A stretch of DNA of 64,000 nucleotides from Candidatus Bathyarchaeota archaeon. Its GTDB lineage: Archaea; Thermoproteota; Bathyarchaeia; Bathyarchaeales; Bathycorpusculaceae. A model generated the notes under the pieces. That model saw only the letters and a list, made by a program, of their open reading frames with translations. It made no database searches and had not been told where the DNA came from. The DNA lies in the NCBI GenBank assembly GCA_963739305.1, contig CAVTZU010000017.1:46600-110599 (forward strand). Direction: 5' to 3'. Both the position numbers and the translations under genes were made by a program. The number at the start of each line of letters is the position of its first letter. Position 1 is the first letter of the stretch. Below are positions 41,047 through 51,319 of this stretch, piece after piece.

Positions 41047-42901
41047 ATTCAACGACGAGTGTTTCACTAGCTTCGAAAACAGGTTCAACGCGAGACTTGC
41101 AGCCGTGATCCCAAGATTCTTCGCCACGACAGGAGACACCAACCTTGCAGGAACAGGCGCGCGTTACCAGTGTCGAATCAAGGTCGAGTACCAGAAAGAC
41201 TTGATGGCATTGCTCGAAGAGGGCATGCTTCTGGCAGTCAAGAACTTCAAACAAGCTGAAGGGAACTTGGAAAGGTACACGCTCATGGAGATCAGCCGAG
41301 TTTGGCCTGAACATTTCGGTTTACGCGGATTGTCCGATCACGGCTACTATCCCATGCAGTTTGAGATCATCGAACAATCTGAGGAAGACTGGCAGACGAA
41401 CGACCGAACCACGATGATGATTCAGATAGACGCCGTGCCCATAAACTATGACCTGATTCTCGACGAAAACTGCGATTTCAAGTTCGTCAAAGGCTTCTCG
41501 TACCCTATTGCAGGCTGTCCGTGCTACGTTCTGAACAGCAAGATGATAAACCGCATATACAACCAGAAAATAGCCGAGAAACTCGGAGCAGACACCAGCA
41601 AAACGGTCGAAGACGCCAAAGCGGACCCCCGGCTGGGCTTAATCAAGATGTTCGAAGCAAGCAAGACTGCCATACCGATCTATGTTGATTTTGAGAAGCT
41701 GGTGCGTTACCACTTCGGAGTTTTCGCGTTCACTGGCGGCGGGAAGAGCAACTTGATGTCGAACACGTTGCGAAGGCTGCTGCTTCACGCAAAAAGCACA
41801 AAGATAGTGATTTTTGATATCAGCTGCGAATACATGTTCCTCCTCTTAGACGTTCTAGCCGATCCAAACGTGCAGGCAAAGGTCATTCTTGAGAACAGAA
41901 TCGATTCATTGCAGCAGCTGTTCGATTCAGCTGTGAAACCCCGAGAATACGAGAATGATGAAAGAACCAAGGTTGGACTCAAGGCGATAATGCATCAGAA
42001 CAAGCTTGCCTATTACATTAAACCGAAGCAACTCGTGCCAACTTTCACTCAGTTTCTCGAAGAGCTTGATGCTCAAAGAGGAGGTTCAGCTGACAAGCCT
42101 CATTACATGAACGCGATCGACAGGATACATGAAGCGATACGCGACTATATGGAAAAACACGGCCAAGGTGAAAACGAAGAGGTGAGCGAGGACTTCGTCA
42201 ACCAAATCCACGAAGTCGCCTGTGAAGCGGTTGAACAATTCAAAGTTCACGACAAGAGCAGCCTCTACGGTTGGGCAACCACGCGAAGTCAGGTTCTTGA
42301 CACTATCAAAAAGAACCGTGAAAGAGAGACGCGACCAACTAGCGGGTTGACCGTTGAACAAATTAGAGAACTGCTTGAGGACAAAACCACAAACCTCGTT
42401 TGCATATCAATTTCAGACCCGTACACGATAAAAGACTTGGCCATAAACCTGACACAGGATATTCTGGCTCACAGAAAACACAAGTTCACGGTGAAACCTT
42501 ACATCCTGCTGGTGTTCGACGAGGCACAAGAGTTCATCCCAAGCAACGGATCAGGGATCGAAGCGAAATGCTCCAGCCACGTCGAGACGCTGCTGAGACA
42601 AGGAAGGAAATATGGCCTGGGCGTGTGCATAGCCACGCAGCGCATCGCCTACCTGAACACGAACGCTCTTCAACAGATTCACACATACTTCGTCGGAACG
42701 CTGCCACGTCCCTACGATCGTCAACTTGTCAGCGACACTTTCATGATCGACAAGAACATACTTGAGAAGACCCTAGAATTTGCCCCCGGAGAATGGTTGC
42801 TTTCAAGCTACATCGCCACGGGCATGGAAAACGTGCCAATCTTCATAAAAGCAGACAACGCCGAAAAAGAAATTGAAAAATACCTCAAGAGACCTGCCTA
42901 A
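41024..42901 (+). CDS. herA: HerA/DUF87-family ATPase
   Basis: HFGVFAFTGGGKSN (Walker A), IVIFD, VFDEAQEFIP (Walker B), RQGRKYGLG..ATQR. Confidence 0.85.
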   Translation: MKQQEESRFNDECFTSFENRFNARLAAVIPRFFATTGDTNLAGTGARYQCRIKVEYQKDLMALLEEGMLLAVKNFKQAEGNLERYTLMEISRVWPEHFGLRGLSDHGYYPMQFEIIEQSEEDWQTNDRTTMMIQIDAVPINYDLILDENCDFKFVKGFSYPIAGCPCYVLNSKMINRIYNQKIAEKLGADTSKTVEDAKADPRLGLIKMFEASKTAIPIYVDFEKLVRYHFGVFAFTGGGKSNLMSNTLRRLLLHAKSTKIVIFDISCEYMFLLLDVLADPNVQAKVILENRIDSLQQLFDSAVKPREYENDERTKVGLKAIMHQNKLAYYIKPKQLVPTFTQFLEELDAQRGGSADKPHYMNAIDRIHEAIRDYMEKHGQGENEEVSEDFVNQIHEVACEAVEQFKVHDKSSLYGWATTRSQVLDTIKKNRERETRPTSGLTVEQIRELLEDKTTNLVCISISDPYTIKDLAINLTQDILAHRKHKFTVKPYILLVFDEAQEFIPSNGSGIEAKCSSHVETLLRQGRKYGLGVCIATQRIAYLNTNALQQIHTYFVGTLPRPYDRQLVSDTFMIDKNILEKTLEFAPGEWLLSSYIATGMENVPIFIKADNAEKEIEKYLKRPA

Positions 42902-42943
42902 AGCTCGCTTGATACTTTCGGTTCAATGGCTATTGTTTTGTGC

Positions 42944-43732
42944 TTAGATCTTTTGCCCTCGCACGAGCAAGTATTGCCTGAAGGGCTTATAACCTACCTT
43001 CGAATAGACGCGCATCGCAGGAGCGTTGTGTTTTAGCACGTGTATCAAAGCAGGTGGAGATCTGTTCAAAATCTCCCGAACTAGACTTGAGACGATCGTG
43101 GTCGCGTACCCCATGTTCCTAAAACGTTCGTCAGTCGCGATGACGCCTATATTGCTTCCTAGACTGTCGAAACGAGCGTTGCCGATGGAAACGATCTTTC
43201 CCTCGCGCCTTATTCCAACATAATAAGTGGTTTCCAGCGAATCCTTTCTGTCCGCGGCCGTAATGTTTCCCCACCATACAGGATCAGCTTTTCTCATTAA
43301 CCCTGCAACTTCCTCCGCATCTTCAGGTCCAAGCCTCACTGTTTCGTCCTTAATCTGAAGTTTCTCGTCTCCTTTCTTCAAGGCCATGAGAACGAGATCG
43401 TATCTGATAAGCGGAGTGAACTTTTTCATTATGAGATCTTCACAGTCTGGAGGAGCCTGCAGCTCAACTCTCTCGAAGCTAACACGCTCAAGCAGTTTCT
43501 CTACAGCCTTGCGCTTTCCGCGGAGCTGCACGATGCGATCCGCGTACGTCAGCATCAATCCTTGAACCTTATCTTCTTCTATCGCAAGCAAGATTTTCGT
43601 TTGTTCGGGCTGCTGTTTCAGGTCGAGAATGAAAAAATAGTAGTCCAATGGATCTTGGCTGACATGGTTCCAGAAAGTTTGCTCATAACCATCGTTCAAA
43701 GAAACTATTTTCAGGTTGTCCTGCGTTCTCAT
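42944..43732 (-). CDS. GNAT acetyltransferase (FR47-like C-terminal domain)
   Basis: IATDERFRNMGYAT, NAPAMRVYSKVGY. Confidence 0.85.
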   Translation of the reverse strand: MRTQDNLKIVSLNDGYEQTFWNHVSQDPLDYYFFILDLKQQPEQTKILLAIEEDKVQGLMLTYADRIVQLRGKRKAVEKLLERVSFERVELQAPPDCEDLIMKKFTPLIRYDLVLMALKKGDEKLQIKDETVRLGPEDAEEVAGLMRKADPVWWGNITAADRKDSLETTYYVGIRREGKIVSIGNARFDSLGSNIGVIATDERFRNMGYATTIVSSLVREILNRSPPALIHVLKHNAPAMRVYSKVGYKPFRQYLLVRGQKI

Positions 43733-43764
43733 TTTCGACAGATTTAAGGATAAAGAGAGGGTTT

Positions 43765-44748
43765 TTATTTAGGTTGTGCAGGCGTTGTTACGTTGCATTT
43801 CTTAAGAAGGCGATTCCATTTTTCGTCTGTTCGCCTCTGGATATCTTCAAGCATTTTCTCATATTTCGGAGTGAAGAGGTGTCTGAATCGTCCTTGAGTC
43901 TGGAGATACTCTTTCACTGGTTTCTTCTTCTGCGGTGCTAGTGCCAGGACTTTGCTCGGCGTCGATAGTTGGTAGTCGCCGTTTATGGCTTCCCACAACG
44001 GGAAGACGCATGTTTCAACGGCTAATCTTGAGAGTTCTATTGACTTTGAAGGTTCGCTTCGCCATCCTCGTGGGCAGGGTGCAAACACGTGCAGAAACGC
44101 TGGGCCGTCCACTTCGATGCCCTTTCTAGCCTTCATTATCAAATCCTTCCAGTAGTAAGGCGAAGCCGTCGCGACGTAGGGCATGTCGTGAGCTACCATG
44201 ATGTCTGCGATAGGTTTCTTCTGTTCAAGCTTCCCTGGAACGACTTTGCCAGCCTGTGACGTCGTGGTTGATGCTCCATATGGTGTGCCTCCGCTTCTTT
44301 GAATGCCCGTGTTCATGTACGCCTCGTTATCGTAGAGTACAAACAGGAAGTCGTGTCCTCTTTCAACAGCGCCGGAGAGCGCCTGTATGCCAATGTCGTA
44401 TGTTCCCCCGTCTCCTGCGAAGGCGATCACGTCGACCTGCTGGTTCTTTATCCTTCCCTTCTTCTTCATTATCTTCAGAGCAGCTTCGATTCCAGAAGCG
44501 TTTGAGCCGGCTGTTTCAAAGGCTGTATGTATCCATGGTGTCGCCCACGATGTGTACGGATATATCGTTGATGAGACTTCCATGCATCCCGTCGCGTTTG
44601 TTACTATCGTGGGTCCTCGGGTGGCTTTCATGATCAGTCTCAGCACGGTTGCCGGTGCGCATCCGGCGCAGGCACGGTGTCCTGACAGGAAAAGGTCTGG
44701 TTTTTCAGCGATGTCTTTTGCTGTGAATTTTCCTTGAGAGATTTCCAT
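43765..44748 (-). CDS. porB: Pyruvate/2-oxoacid:ferredoxin oxidoreductase beta subunit
   Basis: GHRACAGC, AGDGG (TPP-binding), YDNEAYMNTGIQRS, PCPRGW. Confidence 0.93.
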   Translation of the reverse strand: MEISQGKFTAKDIAEKPDLFLSGHRACAGCAPATVLRLIMKATRGPTIVTNATGCMEVSSTIYPYTSWATPWIHTAFETAGSNASGIEAALKIMKKKGRIKNQQVDVIAFAGDGGTYDIGIQALSGAVERGHDFLFVLYDNEAYMNTGIQRSGGTPYGASTTTSQAGKVVPGKLEQKKPIADIMVAHDMPYVATASPYYWKDLIMKARKGIEVDGPAFLHVFAPCPRGWRSEPSKSIELSRLAVETCVFPLWEAINGDYQLSTPSKVLALAPQKKKPVKEYLQTQGRFRHLFTPKYEKMLEDIQRRTDEKWNRLLKKCNVTTPAQPK

Positions 44749-44767
44749 TTCATTATTCCTCCTTTTT

Positions 44768-46000
44768 TCACTCCCTCAACCCAAGATAATGTATCAAGGT
44801 TTCGACGTGTTTGGTCTGTGAGATTTTCTGCAGTTCTTCGAAAACTTGCCGGATTTGGGTTGGGCTTGTGTCTCTTCCTCCCAATCCATAGATGTAATCA
44901 ACCACGTAAGGTCGGTTTGCGGAATCGTAGAGGGCGTGGCGGACTTCGTGGAAGACTGCTCCGCCTCTGCCGCCGAAGCTCATGCTTTTGTCCATGACGG
45001 CTACTGCTTTTGTTTTTTGAAGTGCTTTTGCCATTGCCTCCGCTGGGAATGGTCTGTAGGTGCGAATTCTGAGCAGTCCAGCCTTGATGCCCTCCTCTCT
45101 TAACTCGTCTACAACCGCTTTTGCAGTTCCAGCCGTTGAACCTAGGCAGACGATGGCCGTTTCGGCGTCATCTAGCCTATAGCACTCAAGCAAGCCATCA
45201 CCATACTTTCGTCCCGTCAACTCGGCGTACTCATCGTGGATTGCCTGAATTACCCCAGTTGCGTTCTTCATTGCTTCTTCTTGTTGTCTCTTGAACTCAA
45301 AATAGTAGTTCGGCAAAGCAACAGGCCCCAAAGTCAAAGGCATTTCTGGGTCAAGCTTGAACGGGACCGTTTTGCCTTCGTGAGTAAGCACAACTGGAAA
45401 TTGCCGGAGTTTCACGAACCCCTTGACGACGTCGTCAGGAAGGACAAGCACGTTGTCAAGCGTATGGCTTAGTGTGAAACCGTCCAACCCTACCATCACT
45501 GGCAACTGCACGTCCAGGTGCTCTCCGATCCTGAATGACTGAATTATGGAATCGTAGACTTCCTGTGCGTTTTCAGCATAGATCTGTATCCATCCGCTGT
45601 CTCGCTCAGCTATGGCGTCGGAGTGGTCGCCGTGGATGTTCAGAGGCGCCGACAAAGCTCGGTTTGCTACTGCCATCACAACTGGCGCGCGGCAGCCTGA
45701 TGTCACAAAAAGCATTTCATGCATTAGTGCTAGTCCGGCTGATGCTGTAGCAGTGAACACTCGAGCGCCTGTGGCTGATGCTGCAAGGCATGCCGCCATG
45801 GCGCTGTGTTCTGATTCTGTGCAAACGTATTCTGTTTCTACTTCACCGTTAGCCACATACTCGCTTAATTTCTCAACAATTATTGTTTGAGGAGTTATGG
45901 GGTAAGCTGCGACAACGTCGACGTCAGACTGTTTCACGGCCAAGGCGACGGCTTCGTCTCCGTTCAATGCTTGAGTTTCCTGTTTCAAAGTGCTCTTCAT
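44768..46000 (-). CDS. porA: Pyruvate/2-oxoacid:ferredoxin oxidoreductase alpha subunit
   Basis: AAYPITPQT, ESEHSAM, NRALSAPLNIHGDH, YGLGGRD. Confidence 0.95.
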   Translation of the reverse strand: MKSTLKQETQALNGDEAVALAVKQSDVDVVAAYPITPQTIIVEKLSEYVANGEVETEYVCTESEHSAMAACLAASATGARVFTATASAGLALMHEMLFVTSGCRAPVVMAVANRALSAPLNIHGDHSDAIAERDSGWIQIYAENAQEVYDSIIQSFRIGEHLDVQLPVMVGLDGFTLSHTLDNVLVLPDDVVKGFVKLRQFPVVLTHEGKTVPFKLDPEMPLTLGPVALPNYYFEFKRQQEEAMKNATGVIQAIHDEYAELTGRKYGDGLLECYRLDDAETAIVCLGSTAGTAKAVVDELREEGIKAGLLRIRTYRPFPAEAMAKALQKTKAVAVMDKSMSFGGRGGAVFHEVRHALYDSANRPYVVDYIYGLGGRDTSPTQIRQVFEELQKISQTKHVETLIHYLGLRE

Positions 46001-46012
46001 TCTTGTATGCTC

Positions 46013-46291
46013 CTATTCAATTTTCATGACGATCGCTTTCGTCGGGCACTCGTTGGCGCATATTCCACAGCCCTTACAGAAATTGAGGTCAAACTCGATG
46101 TCCCCTTTTTTCGTGTCCCAGTGTATCGCGCCGTCCGGACAGTAGATCGCGCACTGCAGGCATTTGGTGCATTTTTCCACGTCTCTAACCGGGGCGAAAG
46201 ATTTCCAGTCTCCCGTCAGATAAGTGGAACTGCTCTTCCAGCACACTCCGGCCAAGGGGATCTCTTTCCATGACTTATCCTTCTGGCTCAT
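46013..46291 (-). CDS. porD: 2-oxoacid:ferredoxin oxidoreductase delta subunit (2x 4Fe-4S)
   Basis: TGDW, CTKCLQC..YCP, CKGCGICANECP. Confidence 0.95.
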   Translation of the reverse strand: MSQKDKSWKEIPLAGVCWKSSSTYLTGDWKSFAPVRDVEKCTKCLQCAIYCPDGAIHWDTKKGDIEFDLNFCKGCGICANECPTKAIVMKIE

Positions 46292-46851
46292 TCAGATTTT
46301 ACCTCCTGATAAGCTTCCTTCACAACGGCAAAGTTTTTCTCTGCAACGTCAGGTCGGAAACGTACTTTAATCATCTTCTCAATAGTCTCAAGCTTCACTG
46401 TTCCCGTCACGCGTGCCACAGCTCCGAGCATGGCAGTGTTGGTTATCGCCATTCCCAAGATTCTCATGGAAATTTCCGATGCAGGGACCGTCCAGACTTT
46501 CCCTTTTTCGGTGCCAAGCATTTTTCTGATTTCTGCAGGGTTCTCTTTCGTGCTTACTATGATATTTCCTCCTTCATCGCTCAGACCGTCTGCGACCTTG
46601 ACGGACTTGAGCAAAGTGGAATCTAGAACTGCAACGACGTCTGGGTTGTACACCGCACAGTGTATTCTGATCGGCTCAGTGCTTATTCTCGTGAAAGCCG
46701 TTACGGGGGCACCCATTCTCTCTGGGCCAAACTCTGGGAAAGATTGTATATATTTTCCTTCGGCGATGGCTGCCCGCGCGAAAAGTTCGCTTGCGGTCCA
46801 AGCTCCTTGACCGCCTCTGCCGTGCCATCTTACCTCCAGGATTTTCTTCAA
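46288..46851 (-). CDS. porG: 2-oxoacid:ferredoxin oxidoreductase gamma subunit
   Basis: HGRGGQGA, FPEFGPERMGAP, NTAMLGA. Confidence 0.93.
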   Translation of the reverse strand: MKKILEVRWHGRGGQGAWTASELFARAAIAEGKYIQSFPEFGPERMGAPVTAFTRISTEPIRIHCAVYNPDVVAVLDSTLLKSVKVADGLSDEGGNIIVSTKENPAEIRKMLGTEKGKVWTVPASEISMRILGMAITNTAMLGAVARVTGTVKLETIEKMIKVRFRPDVAEKNFAVVKEAYQEVKSE

Positions 46852-46988
46852 TGCAGTTATCTCCAGTGGTCTTTCACCCTTCTTGAAGAACCGAAGATAT
46901 ACATCTTTCTAGGTGAAAAACGAAAAAGTAAAGTGCTAAGAACATCCTTCGTCTAAGCGTTGATTGTGTCCAGTGCGGGGGGCTAATA

Positions 46989-48467
46989 TTGGAAAATGAC
47001 GTGGTGCTCACTGCCGACAGCACCTTGATGAGCGACTACCGAAAGAACGAATTTCTAGGTTTTGGTACGTGTGCTCCGTCAAACTTTCTGCCTGACTTCA
47101 TGTTTCGTAGGCTGTTTTTCCCACCGATCAAAACGGAGGATGGAAAGCCACTTTCAGCTCCTTACGGTTTGAGAATCGTTGAGGCACAACTCGTGAAGGA
47201 AGGCTTCAACGTTACAACAGTCACACCGGAACATCTGGGATCGTATGTGCCTAAGGCGAAGGTGCTTGGAATACACGTAATGGACCCTTTCGGTTTGGGT
47301 CCGGCATCGAGCACTCTCGCGTCGATTCTTGCAAAAGAGCCTTTCTTGGCGCAGTATTTCCGAAGGCTGTTTGAACTACCGAAAGTCAAGGAAGCAAAAA
47401 AGCGAGGCATGAAGATAATCGTCGGGGGTCCTGGAGTCTGGCAACTCAACTACAGGCCGAACTTCGTTGAAAAGCATGGAATAGACTGTATCATAGAAGG
47501 AGAAGCTGAGAAGGTTGTCGGCAAGATCTTCAAGGCTGCGATAAATGGTGAGCAATTGCCCCAAACCTACGAGGTCAAGGTTGATGAATCACCATTGATC
47601 GAAGAGATTCCCAACATAGTGAATCCGTCTGTTAACGGCTTGGTTGAGATCGGCCGCGGATGTTGTAGAGGATGCAAATTCTGCAGCGTCACGTTAAGAC
47701 CGCTACGCTGGTTCCCAATTGAGAGAATTCTGAACGACGTCGATGTGAACCTTCAAGGTGGAAACCGAGGAGTCATCCTCCATGAAGATGACGTCATGCT
47801 CTACGGCTCGAACACCACTCTTCCAAACGACGAAAAGCTTCTTAATCTGCATGAGGTGGTAAGCAAAAAATGCGACGGAATAACCTGGAGTCATTGCTCA
47901 TTGGCTGCTGTTGCGGCTAAGCCTCAACTCTTTGCAAAAGTTGCAGAAATCATCAGGCAGAAACAACCATGGTGGGGCGTCGAGATTGGTTTGGAAACAG
48001 GCTCCGCGACGCTCGCCGCCAAGATCATGCCCGCGAAGGCTCACCCGTTCAAGCCTGAAGAGTGGCCTGAAGTTGCTCGCAACGGGATGGGATTGATGCA
48101 CGACAACATGCTCGTTCCTGCGTGCACTCTCATCGTTGGTGTCCCGGAAGAAACTGAGGACGATATTCTCAAAACAATGGAGCTAATCGACGACGTGAAA
48201 GATTGCCGAAGCCTGATCGTTCCCTTATTCTTCGTCCCGATGGGCAGGTTAAAGGATGAAGACTGGTTCAAGGACACGAAGATGACTAAAGCACATGAAG
48301 AATTAATGGTAAAATGCGTAGAACACGACTTCCGATGGGTCGACGACCTGATCCGCATATCTTTCTCAGAAGGCTGGAAAAGCCATATCATCAGGCCGTT
48401 CTTCAAGCTCTTTACAGGCCTAGCCAAGTACAAGATCAAGCAAGCCGGAATCAACGCAAAGATATAG
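46989..48467 (+). CDS. Radical SAM protein with N-terminal B12-binding-like domain
   Basis: APYGLR.VEA, IIVGGPG, EIGRGCCRGCKFC, IGLETGS. Confidence 0.85.
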   Translation: MENDVVLTADSTLMSDYRKNEFLGFGTCAPSNFLPDFMFRRLFFPPIKTEDGKPLSAPYGLRIVEAQLVKEGFNVTTVTPEHLGSYVPKAKVLGIHVMDPFGLGPASSTLASILAKEPFLAQYFRRLFELPKVKEAKKRGMKIIVGGPGVWQLNYRPNFVEKHGIDCIIEGEAEKVVGKIFKAAINGEQLPQTYEVKVDESPLIEEIPNIVNPSVNGLVEIGRGCCRGCKFCSVTLRPLRWFPIERILNDVDVNLQGGNRGVILHEDDVMLYGSNTTLPNDEKLLNLHEVVSKKCDGITWSHCSLAAVAAKPQLFAKVAEIIRQKQPWWGVEIGLETGSATLAAKIMPAKAHPFKPEEWPEVARNGMGLMHDNMLVPACTLIVGVPEETEDDILKTMELIDDVKDCRSLIVPLFFVPMGRLKDEDWFKDTKMTKAHEELMVKCVEHDFRWVDDLIRISFSEGWKSHIIRPFFKLFTGLAKYKIKQAGINAKI

Positions 48468-48519
48468 ACAACTAACCTTAAATACCTCAGAAAGCCCACA
48501 ACCTTTGTCTCGTAATGAT

Positions 48520-48596
48520 GCCGCCGTAGCTCAGCCAGGTAGAGCGGCTGGCTGTTAACCAGTCGGTCAAAGGTTCAAGTCCTTTCGGCGGCGCCA
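48520..48596 (+). tRNA. tRNA-Asn(GTT)
   Basis: GCCGCCG acceptor stem, anticodon arm GCTGG-CT-GTT-AA-CCAGT, GGTTCAAGTCC, encoded CCA. Confidence 0.96.
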
Positions 48597-48630
48597 CAAA
48601 ACTATCCAAGACCAAAATTGAATTTTCGGT

Positions 48631-48738
48631 CTACTCTGGCTTCTTGAAGAACTTCAACCCGTTGTTTTCGCAGATGTATTCAAAGCCGGCTTCTATCAGT
48701 TCGCTTATCTCTTCCCTTGTCTCGGCTACTTTGCAGCG
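48631..48738 (-). pseudogene. C-terminal remnant resembling an archaeal tyrosine integrase tail
   Basis: Manual translation RCKVAETREEISELIEAGFEYICENNGLKFFKKPE-stop; no start codon; ends 35 bp from the tRNA 3' end. Confidence 0.6.
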
Positions 48739-48756
48739 CGAGAGAATAATTCAATT

Positions 48757-50109
48757 TTACCTTGCCAACATTCCCAGAGGATCCCAAGGTGGAAGAACAA
48801 CAGGTTCGCTGCAGAGAACACTCAAGAGCTCTGGAGAGAGGTATTTTTTTCTAACGGTTATTTCGAAGAGGTATTCATCGAACCACTCATCCATCATGTA
48901 CATATAACCTTTGTCCCCAATCATAGCCCCCCAACTGTTTTCAACCCGCCATTTTCTCGGTTTTCCTGCTTCATCAAGATCCACGCCTGTTAGCACCATA
49001 GCATGTGTCATCTCGCTGTTCCTGTATTCCAATCTTCCGGCCTTATCTAGCTTAAAATCTGTTCCGTAGACGATGTCATAATCATATACGTTCAAATCCA
49101 TTGCGCCCATCTCTGTTTCAAGCATCTGGCCAACGTCACAGCCAAACCAAACCGCATGGTTGTCCTTTATCATGTCAACGGCAGCTTTCTTCAATGTCTC
49201 TATATCGACGTTTAAGTAACGAACCGGACGTCCACCGATGACGTTACCGAGATACTGCACCGTGTAGATTTTATTATAGGGCTTGTCCTTGGTTGGGGCG
49301 TTAATTAGGCAGACTAGATCATCCAAGTTGACGCCCACATACTTCTTGTAGAACTCTCTGGGCGTCATATTACCATCCCTATGGAATACTTTGTCTTTGT
49401 CTCGCCACTCCCAGTAAAAGTTGCGCGGAGGCTTTCCTAGGTGAATTGCAAGCATTCGATAGAACTCCTCAAGTTGCTCGCACTTTGACTTTCGCAATTC
49501 CTTTGCAGAAGAACCCTGAGCATACATATCCCTGAGCAACTTCGCATATTCCCGCAGCTTGGAGACTAGCAAAGTGTTCATAGAATCGGAATCGCTGCTA
49601 CTGATTGTTTCCGGCATAAAAGACTTCGGCACAACCCCGTACTTATCTACGAGATTGACGAACATGTCCCACTGTCCACCATCGGAAAGTGGATCAGAGA
49701 GAAGCGCCAGAATCATCTGGCTGTCCAGTGGCTCATCCCTGGTCTCGATGATGTTCTCAAGGAAATAATTCGCCTTCTCCAATTTATCCCAGAACATCTG
49801 GTAGACCTCGGACAGTTCAAAGGTCTGAAGGTTCAGCTTTTTCATAGCTTCCAGGCAAAGAAGACTAAGCCCAGAGAATAACCAACACCGCCCTGACCGC
49901 TCTTGATTAGTAGCCTCCGGTGACTCTATGAGATTACTGAAAGTATAGTTAATTCGATCGACTTCTTTTCGACTCAAAGCCACAGCTGCAATGCCGTTCT
50001 GGGTCACTGCGTTCAACGCAAGAAGATTCTTAGGGTCCCTATCAAAAGAAGCTAAAAATCGCTTAATATCCTCATTCGTGACACTTCGCTTCATAATATT
50101 CCCGACCAT
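48757..50109 (-). CDS. pepC: Aminopeptidase C / bleomycin hydrolase (C1B)
   Basis: NQERSGRCWLF, DGGQWDM, THAMVLTG, WRVENSWG, PWDPLG. Confidence 0.95.
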   Translation of the reverse strand: MVGNIMKRSVTNEDIKRFLASFDRDPKNLLALNAVTQNGIAAVALSRKEVDRINYTFSNLIESPEATNQERSGRCWLFSGLSLLCLEAMKKLNLQTFELSEVYQMFWDKLEKANYFLENIIETRDEPLDSQMILALLSDPLSDGGQWDMFVNLVDKYGVVPKSFMPETISSSDSDSMNTLLVSKLREYAKLLRDMYAQGSSAKELRKSKCEQLEEFYRMLAIHLGKPPRNFYWEWRDKDKVFHRDGNMTPREFYKKYVGVNLDDLVCLINAPTKDKPYNKIYTVQYLGNVIGGRPVRYLNVDIETLKKAAVDMIKDNHAVWFGCDVGQMLETEMGAMDLNVYDYDIVYGTDFKLDKAGRLEYRNSEMTHAMVLTGVDLDEAGKPRKWRVENSWGAMIGDKGYMYMMDEWFDEYLFEITVRKKYLSPELLSVLCSEPVVLPPWDPLGMLAR

Positions 50110-50637
50110 TTGGGATACCTTAACTTAGGTATCGATAAAACTAAGTTAAAGTTTTTTGGCTAAGTCTGAAGTAGCAAGTTACATGACTAATTCATGGAGC
50201 TTTACATGTAACATGGACACCTGTTTTCAGGCCTTTATCCTAGTCTATGAAAGGGCCATGCACCAGAAGCATTAAGAATATAATCCTCAATGTCGGTGCA
50301 GTGATGCTTAATCCCATTTAGTTAAGTCCCGTACCTGTTCTTTGCAACTGTTCTTCTGAATAACCTTGGGCCTGTCTCGTTGACTACTGCGCCAAATGCC
50401 CAGTTTTGTTACGCGGAATAACCAGTAGATTGAAAATTGAAGTTCTCACACGTGCCCCATAATCGACCACGGCATCGAAATCCAAACGCGCCCCAGCTTA
50501 AAGCTTCAAGCAACTGCGGTTACAATTGATCATTACAATTGACGTTACCAAAAAAGCCTAGGAGACGAATTTTAGGATCGATCTGTCTCAACGTAAACCA
50601 AACTCTTTGATTCAGGCCAGACTTCCAAGACGGCATT

Positions 50638-51111
50638 CTACGTCGAGAAAATACTGCCCGATTTCTTAAATTGCTTGTTAAAACGCGACTGCTCCTGCTC
50701 CGTTTGCGTTTTTTCCGTCAGCAAACGAAGATGCTCATTCGCTTTCTCATCAAGATGTTTCTTGATCATTGCAAGCAACTCTTCGGCATTGAACGGTTTC
50801 AGTACATATCCATCTGCACCCTCGTTAACAGCTTTCACGGCATTCTCGACAGACGGGAAACCGGTAACGATTATCCTTATAATCCCAGGCTGCAAAGCCT
50901 TCAACCTAGCAAGAAGCTCGGTTCCCCTCATGTCAGGCAAATTTACGTCGATCAGAGCCACATCAAACGGTAATTTCTCACACACCTTCACCGCTTGTTT
51001 CCCATTCTCCACAGTCTCCACAAGATATCCTTGCCTGCCCAAAACCCACGCGAGAACCTTCCGTATATCAGGATCGTCATCAACAACCAAGATACTCGTT
51101 CCCAGAGTCAC
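50638..51111 (-). CDS. Response regulator receiver protein
   Basis: LVVDDD, ALIDVNLPD, IVTG, YVLKPF. Confidence 0.92.
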   Translation of the reverse strand: MTLGTSILVVDDDPDIRKVLAWVLGRQGYLVETVENGKQAVKVCEKLPFDVALIDVNLPDMRGTELLARLKALQPGIIRIIVTGFPSVENAVKAVNEGADGYVLKPFNAEELLAMIKKHLDEKANEHLRLLTEKTQTEQEQSRFNKQFKKSGSIFST

Positions 51112-51319
51112 AGCTAAGCCTCCATCTAGTCATCTTTCGTTCATCTGCACTTTGACATGCACGAGATAAGTCCTTTATGAATCAGTAATATGGGGCAACA
51201 GTCAAGATTCTTCACAATCGGAACTGGACAAACGCCGAAAAGTTGCCCAGCTTGTGAAAAACTAGAAACCAGATTAAATCAATATCCCGCAAGAAAATTG
51301 ATGAATTCCTCTCTGCTGA

